A stretch of DNA of 64,000 bases from Paecilomyces variotii (taxonomy: Eukaryota): NCBI GenBank assembly GCA_004022145.1, contig RCNU01000015.1. One strand, given 5' to 3'. The translations under genes and the position numbers were made by a program. Below are positions 12,401-22,839 of this stretch, piece by piece; position 1 is the first letter of the stretch, and each line of letters begins with the position of its first letter. The notes below the pieces were generated by a model. It made no database searches, had not been told where the DNA came from, and saw nothing but the letters and a program-made list of their open reading frames with translations.

Positions 12401-13498
12401 CCCTAAGCTCCTTGAGGAAAGAAACATAATTCGCCGTGTCCGCAGTTTTGCCTCCTGGAGCAGAAAGAGATGCAACGTCAGCCCGCAAGTGCAAGAACGA
12501 AGAGAAATATAGTTATTTTACTTACCACGATCACTGGCGGCTGGATATTCCCAGTCAATGTCGATCCCGTCGAAACCGTACTTCTTCATAAAGCTACTCG
12601 CCGAAGTAATAAAGGCCGAACGTGTGCCAGGGAAGCTTACCATCGAGGAAAAGACTTCTCCTCCTAGGTCCCAGCCTCCAACCGAGATGAAAGTTTTTAA
12701 TTCCGACTTCTTCTTCTTCAGGGCCGTAAACTCGGGGATATATTCCTCGTCGTTGGCGTATAAAGTCTCAATCTCGGAAGTCTCACTGTTAATTCCAGCA
12801 AAGGCGTAGTAGAGATGCTAAGACATGCTTGTTAGCTTGAGTTATCTTCGAAAGAATTCGGTGGGTGGGGCTTGAGCATACCGTCCAAGGTGCAACATCG
12901 ATATCCGAAGGGTGAATTACATCACAGGGATGTTGATAATTCCAAGCCTCATAGTACCCTATGTAAACCGCTTCGCTGGAGGTGCCGGAGCAAGATCTAT
13001 AAGGCTGTGTCAGAGTAATCGCGAAAACATATTTCGAACGCTGGACTCACGGCTCAGTAACTGCATCACAATTGCTTTGGCAACCGGTACCACAGAAGTC
13101 TTCTGTCGTTCCACAGAACCTAATCATATGGTCAGAGGTGTTATCAGACACGGTCAGGATATCTCTCTCACCCATAAGGCGAGCAGCAGACATTCAACGG
13201 GCAAGTAGTGTTGGCGACCTCAGCATATGCTATGCGGAAATGTCAGTGTGTCAATGCGTCGAGCACCAAATGCAAGGGGGAACCGCATACGCCCACACTC
13301 CGCTAACGCGTCACAAGTCGATATACACACATCATCGCCGCAGAAGTCTGGGCCGAAGCCGCAATAGCCACTGGAGCTACAACAACCGCTGACACACTCT
13401 GATGTTGAAGAGCAGGTGCCGGATCCGCCTGTGGCTGCAGACACCAACGTCCCCAACAGTGAGCCGAGCAAGAGCCCTCTCGAGAGAGTTGCGTTCAT
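9437..13498 (-). CDS. Subgroup C GH18 chitinase: signal peptide, hevein/CBM18-like modules, GH18, Thr-rich linker, CxGxxC repeats, C-terminal KP4-like domain (multi-intron)
   Basis: ATG 13498 MNATLSRGLLLGSLL; CCSSSGYCGFGPDFCG and CPLNVCCSPYGFCG; ISVGGW; intact catalytic FDGIDIDWEYP (~12540-12580); MSYDIHGTWD; LGLGFYGRSF; CLGGLFSWALD. The junctions I checked (GH18 C-half and last exons) splice in frame to stop 9437. Confidence 0.93.
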
Positions 13499-14779
13499 CC
13501 TGAACCCGATGGAATATGGAAATGGTGAGGGAACACAAATCTCGATGGGCGTCTGAAGGGAGCTCTCGAGTTTAATATGTTCTCTATTCAACCTTTTGCA
13601 ACTCATCGGGAGACCATCAACCGCTCGCCTCTCGCCTTCGTCTATCTTACTTCAACGCAGAAGCCTTCGGATTAGTCTCCACCTGTATCTTTCTTTTTAC
13701 TCACTCACACTTCCATGCCTTCCTTTTTCCATGTTGGATCGCAATCTCCGAAGCTCGACCCAAGGACACCAGTGATGCAGACTATTAGCAAGCTAATTTA
13801 GCCCACCGGAGAAAGCGAATTGCACATTGCGAGCATTCGACCGTGTATAGCGCTCACGGAATACTGACTGCGCTTTGAGAGTAGAGTTTTCATGCCTGGT
13901 TTCTTTTTTTTTGACGCAGTTCGAGTGTCCCGTGGTGGTATGGTCTTCACCACGAGCCAACCAATTTAGCGGTAATTAATCGGTTTGTCACTTGCATCTT
14001 CGCACAGACTACCTAGGTAGTTCACACTAACAGAGGAAAGGGTCTTTACTCCTTGAACTGGTTAGTTAGTTAGTATCTAGTAGTTAGATAAGCGGCACGG
14101 AGATACCAAGAGCCCTGGGCGGGCCGTAGGCTGGCTGGCTACCCTTTGGGAACCGGGCGCTCCGGAACGCTCGGTTCGGTCCGGTGAAGGGACGGTGGGC
14201 CGAATAGACTACGTACAATAGGGAAAGGCACGTGGCGGCTAAAGGTAGGTACCTAAGATACACCCGAATCTAGCCTCCATATCCCTCTAGGGTTCCGCGC
14301 CGACTTCCTACTCGTCGCGTGGTCTACGGAGATATAGGCCGTAGTACGCTAGCGCGTGCTTTAGCTTTTATCCTCAGTCTACGGAGTATACTTTTGCAGT
14401 AGACTAGTAGTAGATACGTAGTGACTAGATCGTAGAATTCAATTCCGCATCTGTCAGCTCTGTCGGCTCAGTGGCGGCAGGTCACAATCGGGCAGCGGGC
14501 CAGTTCCGCGGGTCCATTACCCTTACCGCTTGCTTGACCGCCCGCCGCTGGCCGTTAACCTCGTTAACCTCGTCTAGCTCTAATATCATTATGTATATTT
14601 ATGTATATAAATGCGCGATTGACTGAAATTCACTCTCTTTAACCTTGGAACACTCTTTCTCCTGCCGTTCTCGGCCGAGCGTCTGCCGTTTTCGCTCCCG
14701 CGCACGGGCTCCCGCAGCCTCCCGCACCCTAGCAAGACTACTCTGTAAAGGCCTTAGCTATACAGTTGTGTGGCCAAAC

Positions 14780-15260
14780 GCCTTGTCTAGATAACCAGAC
14801 GCCCAGATACTTAACTACATATGTATTTAGAGTGGATATCAGTATTCTAGATTTAAAAAGACCCTGTCACGGGCCCCATAAGCCGGGGGAAGTATTAGTG
14901 CTTTGAGGTGAAGTGGATCAGGCCATATTTACTACCATAGGTGCGAATCTAGATCCGTGCTTTCGCTCCTAGATCTCGGCTAAATAGTTGGTGTGCTTCG
15001 GCCAGCCGGTAACAGTTCCGGACGGTGGAGTTATTCCAGACTAGCATGCAGATATCGTCAATATAGCCCGTGACCATAGTTCGTTTAATTAACGATCATA
15101 TCGGGGCGTTTAAAGGTCTCCTTCTCACTAGATACTCTCGCAGCGATTTAGGCGTTCTTTAATGGCCTGGAGCTCATGCTCTAGGGTCGTAAGGGTTAGA
15201 TCCTCCTCCTGGACGCGGTCGCCAAACGTAACTAAACTCCTAGTGGCTGGTATTAAGGGA
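14780..15260 (-). mobile_element. Non-LTR retrotransposon (LINE, Tad1-like) reverse-transcriptase relic
   Basis: Minus strand reads VTGYIDDICMLVWNNSTVRNCYRL (YIDD at 15054-15065), frameshift, AEI*ERKHGSRFAP, KYGLIHFT (~14910-14930), VKYLGVWL (14792-14812); stops, frameshifts and deletions present. Confidence 0.8.
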
Positions 15261-15677
15261 TTTTAAGCCCAATATTTCTACTAAATGTATCAAGTATTTC
15301 TGACATGGTAAATTACCGTACGTGCATTGTTTTTGCGGTATAGCACACCGAAGAATTGTAGACGCTTCGTTTTCCGAAGGAAGCTGTATGTTTAGAAGCG
15401 AGCTCTCTATATGGTTGGGAGCTTCTGTCTCGCTCTTACCGGTGATTTATTTAGATAATAGTAGTCTAGGGGCAGGTGGATCGGGGTTACCTTCTATAGT
15501 CTACTAACACAGGAACAAAAATTAGCATAATCACGATTGTCCCTTAGTCACTAAGGGAAAGGCATATATTATCCTTGGTGAAGCTAGAGCTTGAGCCTGC
15601 GTTTTAACTATTCTTTGCACCCAGGAGCGCAAACGGTATTCATTAAAGCACGAAAGAGCCAGTGAGAGAAAGGTATA

Positions 15678-17088
15678 ATGCGGTCAATCTTCAATACCAA
15701 GGGCCTTCTGGCTGCATGGATCGGGCTATCTACCACTGCCCAGCTGTGGCCCGGGGTGTCGGCTCAGTGGACAATGCGGAACATCGTGCTTGACTCAGTA
15801 TCTTGTGATACCGCCGCTACAAACTATCTCGCAAAAGCCATCTACAACATTCAGAGCATGGTGAGCATAACCCTGGGCATCGGAGCATGCATCAGTGCCT
15901 GCACTATCTCGTGGAGGCTGACAAGATACTATACAGCTTTATAGCACCATATCGGGCCTTTCGACAATTAAAGACAACCTTGGTAAGGCGCGAGAGGACT
16001 TGGAGGCGGCCGACCGAGCCAAGCTAGATCTTTTCATGGCTATGTACGGGATATTCGACCCTGTCGATACGGACGCGATTTCGACCGCGCAAACAACCGT
16101 TGACACAGTCGCCAGTAAGTCTGGAGTGCCTAATGACGCTCAACGGCAGGGTTCGAGACCTAACACAGGCAGCTTTTGCGAACCAACTTCTTGGCGGTCT
16201 GGAAAACGACGCCCTTGAGATCGGGGTCTGCTGTAATAACGATCACTTGAGAGAAATCAAGGGGGTCTGTGAGTTCGCCTTATCTAGGAGTATATTTGGT
16301 TTCGACTATGGCTAAATACTACTGCCGAACATAGATCCTGTCGTATACCGCAGTACTGTCTACCCTGACATGCTGCTTATTCCTGCCGAGGACAATTGCG
16401 ACGGTAATCTAAGAGCCATGATGCAGGAGACCACCACATTCACGAGAGATATTATGACTATCTGCCCGGACTCTTTGCCTATGACCAACCCAGACACAGA
16501 GTATGAGGAAGCCTGGATTGCTCACATTGACCAATATGACACTGGCAGTTTGACCGGAATTCAGGGTGAGTATATGGATGATATTGTGGCCACTACCGGT
16601 GAGGTGACTCTGCTCCATGAGCTGACACACACCGAGTCGTTCTTTGGCGCCAGCGGTGTTCTGGGTATGCATTCCTCTTTCTTTTTTTCCCCGTCTTTTC
16701 CGGGTCTACCTTCCAATACCATGTTAACACACCGCTAATTCTCTTCTTACTACCATATTGAAGAGGATATGTTTACCTCCGAAGAGGAGAATGCCTACCG
16801 ATGGGAGAAATGCTTCGATCTGGCGGACAACCCTGAGACCCGGGCGAATGCGGTAAAAAATGCTGGCAAGTTCTACTAAAAGGCCCTTGATGTTGTCCCT
16901 TAGTATCAAAGCTAATGCCTATACTATCCAGAGACATTCGCATACTTCAGCGCCGGTAAGTATGACTCTGTCTGTATTGGCCTCAGGAAGAAGTGAAAGT
17001 GCTAATTGGGAAAATTGGTATAGGTCTATACTTGGATCAGTGCAATTGGCGGAATGGAGAATGCGAGAACCCGGAGGATGTGGACTAA
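15678..17088 (+). CDS. Secreted zinc metalloprotease-like protein, M35/aspzincin type (multi-intron)
   Basis: Signal peptide MRSIFNTKGLLAAWIGL..VSA; MTICP; LLHELTH (HExxH); spliced continuation GVLEDMF..AYRWEKCFDLA..AVKNAETFAYF parallels the M35 D..Y...C..LA...NADSY pattern; stop TAA 17086-17088. Confidence 0.8.
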
Positions 17089-17328
17089 AAGCATAGGGAC
17101 TTTGAAGACTTGCCGCTGGATTGGACATATTCAATGCTGATACTAGTATGGCAGGGGCAGCAGTTAACTAACTAGTTAGTTAGTTAGTTGACTACAGTTG
17201 TATTAGTCAGACGGACGGAACAATATCCGACAAGATTAAATTCATCATATTTGCCCTTAATTTTCGCCCCTTAGCCATTTCTCTATTCCCATTATCCTTG
17301 TCTCCCCTTTAAGCATTACACTGCCTCT

Positions 17329-18528
17329 ATGGGCTTTAGCGGACTACCCAGCGAGCTGCACCAGCTCATCGCAGAGTCTTTGGACTCAGAGGATGCCATC
17401 AATGCGCTAGCGCGCACTAACCGTACCTTTTACACGCAGTTCAACTCCTTTCTGTATAGATACCACCTTACAAGACATGCCAAGCGACCCCCAGCACCGG
17501 CACTTATATGGGCTGCTCAGAATGGAAGGCACGATACATTAGTCAGGCTCCTCGACGCGGGCGCAAACCTATACCACCCTCGAATCTGGCAGGAGAAGCC
17601 AACTTCAACCGGGTGGACTGGGCTTTTGCCTAAACATCCAGTCCGGCTTGCTGCCGAGAAGGGTCATGTCAAATTCCTTCAGACCATCTTGGATCGGGAG
17701 CAAGAGAGTTTCGGTAGCCGACTGGGTCCACGGGGTCACGCCATCCTTTTTGCGCGGGCAGCCCTCAACAACCACCTGCCCGTGGTGCAGATGCTGCTCG
17801 CCCGCGGTGTCAACCCCTGGGGTAAACATACCTCATTTCTTTCCCAGGGGGTGCAACGGCAGAAATTCAGCCGGGAGATGCTGCAAGTACTGCTCGAGGA
17901 CGCCAGGCATCGAGAGCATCTGCAGCCCTTCACCACCTGGGAACCCATTCACATGGCACTACGGTATGCGGTAGAGCGGGCCAAGGACATCGAGGTCACT
18001 AGGATGATCCTCGCGACCGGGGTCGATGTTAACTTCCTCTATTCCGGTATGATCGTGGAACGGCGACCCTTGCATTACTGTCACCAACTGGACTTATATC
18101 AGCTCCTGCTTGAGGCGGGTGCTGATCCAAACATCGACAACAACGATAAGTGGGGGCCTCTCGCCTTTGCAGTAGGGAACTTTTACCCGCAGCACGGCCA
18201 ATATCAACTCTCGCCAAAAGCCAGGAGCCAGCGGTGGGAAAAAATTCAGCTGCTATTTCAGTACGGCGCAGACCCAGCGCGAGCCGGAGGCGGTTGGGCG
18301 CTGCATGGCGCAGTACGGGACGCGGATTTTAAATTGGCAGACTTCCTGGCCGACCACGGGGCGAGCATAAGCGTCACTGAGCTCAGCGATGCGGATCAAG
18401 CTCTCTTGGACCGTGCAGTAGAGGAGCGTGCGTGGGAGACAGTGATGAGACTTACTCCAGTCAATTGGTCCATAATAGGATCTGCTGGGTCTGCAGCTCA
18501 TCTCTACCCCCGCCGAGCTTTCGCCTAG
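17329..18528 (+). CDS. F-box-like + ankyrin-repeat protein (399 aa, single exon, no signal peptide)
   Basis: N-terminal LPSELHQLIAESL..INALARTNRTFY; repeats ALIWAAQNGRHDTLVRLLDAGAN, PVRLAAEKGH, AALNNHLPVVQMLLARG, LLLEAGADPN, ALHGAVRDADFKLADFLADHGA. Confidence 0.9.
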   Translation: MGFSGLPSELHQLIAESLDSEDAINALARTNRTFYTQFNSFLYRYHLTRHAKRPPAPALIWAAQNGRHDTLVRLLDAGANLYHPRIWQEKPTSTGWTGLLPKHPVRLAAEKGHVKFLQTILDREQESFGSRLGPRGHAILFARAALNNHLPVVQMLLARGVNPWGKHTSFLSQGVQRQKFSREMLQVLLEDARHREHLQPFTTWEPIHMALRYAVERAKDIEVTRMILATGVDVNFLYSGMIVERRPLHYCHQLDLYQLLLEAGADPNIDNNDKWGPLAFAVGNFYPQHGQYQLSPKARSQRWEKIQLLFQYGADPARAGGGWALHGAVRDADFKLADFLADHGASISVTELSDADQALLDRAVEERAWETVMRLTPVNWSIIGSAGSAAHLYPRRAFA

Positions 18529-18599
18529 GGGTAGCAGCATCGCGCACCCAGCTCGGAGAGGGGTCTGCCCGGCCTGGAGAAGGGTTTACGCCGTCGTAT

Positions 18600-19760
18600 C
18601 CTACTTGTGGAATGTCTATACGAACTAAAGTAACAGTAGGATATAGGATATATTAGAACGAATCGCTGGCTTCTAGTAAGATAGCGATCTAGGATCTATT
18701 TATATAATAATCCTCCTGTACTTTATAGCTTTAGTATTATATAATCTAGGCAAGCGAGAGACTATAGGGTTTAACTTTATATAAGCTAAGTAATATTAAG
18801 CGAATACTGTTAAAAGCTTAATAGGGGTAGAAATTTATCAACTAAAAATTTCTAACCCCTTAGAACTTTTCCCTAAAACCCTCGAGCTATAATCCGGGAT
18901 ATACTAGTCTAGGTATTAATATGGGAAAGGCACTGATAGCAGGGATAATGTAAGGCGCTACACGGGAACTCGAGCTATAAGGCGTGACTAGGCATAGAGA
19001 ATAGAAGAATTATAGAGCAATCTGATACTTATAAGTAGAGCTGTGGTATATATAATAATAAGTAGAGAAGTGTCAGACTAGGTATATGATATAGCCGGGG
19101 GAGCGGACTAAATATAACTCCGATCATATTACGGGTTCCCCGTAACAGTATAATAAAGGACATAAACAATTGGACTTGGCCGTAGATACTGTAATAGAGC
19201 GTCTCGTAGTCAAAGCTTATAAGGGGTGTCAGCCCGTAGTAGCCGTTAGGCTACTGCTATAGTATGTATAGCCTTTTAGCGCAGTGGTTTCTAGGATTTA
19301 GGCTGGCACCTAGAGATCCCTGTTATATCTCGGGCACGCGAAGCTGAATGATAAAGATGCTTAATTCTCCTAGGATCGAGCTCTGAAGCTCTGAGCTATC
19401 TAAACTACTAATCAGTGCGACTAGCTAAGCCTAAAACGGAAGGAGGCAGGCGATACCTAGGTATCCGCCTGGCCTACAGGCCCAAAATTGTACGTATATT
19501 CTACCAGCCAGTGAACAACCTTCAATAAGATACAGGGTTTTCACCAGAAGAGATTGAGTAGGATATAGCTAGTGTGACTAGTTTATACAGTATAATTAGG
19601 TACTCATACAAGCACGTATAAGCATTTACGACTATTGAGACTAGTCCGATGTTCTCCGCCCCTACGGAGGACTAGGGCATTACTACTCCACTAGCCCTAC
19701 AAACGACTATAAACGGCGTTTTATACAAAATTGCCTTATTAAAAGCTGGCATGCATGGTA
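18600..19760. other. RIP-like mutated, TpA-rich spacer (probable repeat relic)
   Basis: Visible excess of TA/CTA/TAG and scarcity of CA/TG, with CG retained; no ORF in the track. Confidence 0.6.
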
Positions 19761-19856
19761 GATAATCAATTCCTGTTTCGAAGATGATATTAATCATTCT
19801 TATATAGGCTCCTCCTACCTGCTCTCTTCTTTCCTCGTGTCAGAACCTCAAGGATT

Positions 19857-21514
19857 ATGCAGTTCTACCCTTTTGTCCTTTCTTGTCTTCTGGCGCAGGC
19901 CGCGGCATCCCCCCGGATCCAGAAACGATGGCTAAACGGGGACACTGCCACTGGCACCACCGATCCAGACGTGACCAGTGACTGTGAGTATTGGGCCAAC
20001 GACATCTCCGCGACCGATACCTGTGCGGAGCTCGAGATGTACTTTGATGCCACTGTCGCTGAGCTCCATGCCTGGAATCCCTCGCTGCTGGAAGACTACT
20101 GCGTGCTGATCGAAGGATGGAGCTACTGCGTCGAGGGTCCGGCCGTGACTGTCACCGCGGCTGCGTCCACTACGACGAATACCGCGATCCCAGTTGTCGG
20201 TTTCACCGAGGTGACGGATTTTGTGACCAGCACGACCCTCGCGGCTGCGACTGCTACCTCTGCATCGGCCACCACTGTCACCACTTACTCGGGCGGAGTG
20301 CCTTCACCAACGCAGAGTGGCCTCGTGGGGGCGTGCAATGAGTACTACTATGTTAAATCAACAGATACTTGCTATACGATCCAGGATCTGTACTTGGATT
20401 TCACACTCAATGAGTTCTACACTTGGAACCCGTTAGTCTTCCCTATATCTTGAGTCTTGGCGAGAGCAATTCACATGTAGGAATGCAAAGCTAACCAGGT
20501 CACATCCTTTCAGTTCTATCTCGACAGGCTGCGTCGGTTTGGAGCCAGGCTACTATGTCTGTGTTGGGGTAACCGGGGGTACTTCTAACATTGCCACTGC
20601 TACTGCCACTATCGCTGGAACAACAACCGCAACTGCAACCTCGTCCTTACCATACGAGCCTCAGCAGACCGGTCTTACATCGAACTGTGAGTTTCCTCAC
20701 CCCATGAATATAGCAATGTTATTGTCCTTCCGCGCAGTACCTGACAGCCAAGCTTAATGGCAGGCGATGATTATTACTATGTAAACGAGGGCGATGCCTG
20801 CACCGCTATCCTCGAGGAGTTCGATATCACCATGGCTGAATTCTACGCCTGGAATCCCGCGGTAGGGTCCGACTGTAACACTATGGAATATGGGTACTAT
20901 GTCTGCGTGGGCGTCCCTGGTTCGTCCTGTCTTTTCCCTTCACCCTTAATGAGATCAAGGAAGCGATGACATTCATTCCTAACATTAATTCTACAACCCA
21001 ACTAGGCTCTAATGCAACAACTATGACCACGCAGTCCATAACCCCCCCTACTGCCACCATCGCCTCAACTACTACCACCGCATCTACTTTAATTCTAACC
21101 ACAACAACTACAACAGCAACTATTATAGGCCCCTCCCCGACCCAAACTGGCATTACCACTAACTGTACCACCTACTACGAGGCCACCGCTAACGACAGTT
21201 GCTGGTCAATCGTGACGGAAAAATACGCCTACCTCACCGAGACTGAATTCATCGACTGGAACCCGGCCGTCGGGTCTGACTGCACCAGCCTGTGGGCAGG
21301 CTACTACTACTGCGTGGCAACTACTACCGTCGCCCCTATGCCGGACATCACCGACAGTTGCACTAGTTACTACCTTGTCGCCGAGGGGGATAGCTGCTAT
21401 TCTATTGAGCAGGCGTACGGGATCTCCGCCGCCGACTTTGTGGAGTGGAATCCTGCCGTGGGGGACAGTTGTGCGTCGCTGTGGGAGGGGTATTATGTTT
21501 GTGTGGCTGTATGA
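19857..21514 (+). CDS. Secreted LysM-domain protein with five fungal-type (Cys-containing) LysM modules
   Basis: Signal peptide, IQKR (Kex2-like), five C..Y....D.C..I.......F..WNP....C..L..GY.YCV modules separated by Thr-rich linkers; 3 introns. Confidence 0.95.
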
Positions 21515-21623
21515 TTTAACTAATAAATCTCGGGATCGTTAACGGGGAGTAAGGTAGAGTAAAAGTGTAAAAATGTGGTCGGTACATTAATAGCAAACTG
21601 ACTGCGATTTTAAGCTGTTATAA

Positions 21624-21653
21624 GAATCCTTGCTGAATTCATTTAATTATCTA
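21624..21653 (+). repeat. 30-bp dispersed direct repeat, copy 2 (inside a possible 160-bp solo-LTR-like segment 21616-21775)
   Basis: GAATCCTTGCTGAATTCATTTAATTATCTA; 28/30 identical to 2521-2550. Confidence 0.85.
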
Positions 21654-21929
21654 TCAACATGCCTGGTACTACAAAGTCAAGATAAGAATGAATACAAAAC
21701 GTTTAGTATTACCGAGTTAGCCTTCCTGGCTCGGTAAGCTGTTACTCATGTTTCCTTTAATCGACGAGACTAACAAAATTGCAGAGAAGGAAGATAAGGC
21801 ATAGAGATAGAAAGAACAGTGTTTGAGAAATCATAAGGCAGCGTGGGGTTTAGATGCGCCTACTAGGTGAGATTAACTTCACACATTCCCTTATGTTGAT
21901 CGCCAATATCTGACAAATATAATGCTATA

Positions 21930-22530
21930 GCATGCCAAGTTTCAAGAATTCATATAGTTCTGGAACAAATCAAGACTCGTGAGGCAATCGATGGCGAAGC
22001 TCGACACGCTACACGGACAATCATGGGCAGTCTAGCATTCCGGGATATCGAACGGGGCATTAATGTGCCAGAGGCATTGCTAAATCTTGTAGAGCCTTGG
22101 ATCGGCTGACGCAGAACGGTGCCTATGGTCAGATCAAAGAGTCACCAAGGGGAGAGACGGATGATGTGAACCGTCAGGTCAAGCTACTAGTGAAGCTCAA
22201 ATCCACGATCAAGGAACTAGAGGATGCACTCACAAAGGCAGGCGATCTTCTGAGCAAGCACAAGACAGGATCGATGCCGAGCAAAGAAAGGGTCAGAGCA
22301 AGATCGAGACACCGACGCAGGAGTTGGAGCTAGCTCCATTCGACGGAGAGTATAGAGAGGAGATGGAAAGGCATGACCTTGTTGTCGCAAAAATTCAAAC
22401 TCTGAAAGACGTCTCAAGCAGGAACAAAAGTAGCGAAGGAGAAGATTGTGAAGCCGAAGCAAGCCAGCACCGACGTGTGTGTGAACGACAAACTGCTGTT
22501 CTTCGACATCAAAACCGACTTGTTTGGTAA
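21930..22530 (+). pseudogene. Disrupted coiled-coil-like coding relic
   Basis: Helical, charged ORF pieces (VNRQVKLLVKLKSTIKELEDALTKAG; EYREEMERHDLVVAKIQTLK) in shifted frames. Confidence 0.3.
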
Positions 22531-22839
22531 ACCGGGCAATTTTCATATGGAGTGAAAACCTGGTAGAAGTTCGTCGAATATATGGGTGTGTTTCAGATGA
22601 TATCGGCCGCTGGGAGAAGAAGATAGAACAGGTCTCGTGGTATGTAATACTAAACGGGGGAGTGAAGCTGTTTCAAAAATAGCAATATTATACGTTTCTG
22701 TCCCAGGGAGAAAGATAATGACCTGCAAGGGGGAATTTTAACACCTCATCGACGAATTATGTAAGAGTCTTCAATTGTACTGGATGTTTGAACTCTTGAC
22801 ATTCTGCGACGTTCCTTTTCCTAAAGAAAACGAATGGTT

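Noticed and set aside
18845-18885. CTAACCCC/CCCTAAAACCC telomere-like words
   Set aside because: Not a tandem TTAGGG array; explained by TpA-rich mutated DNA.
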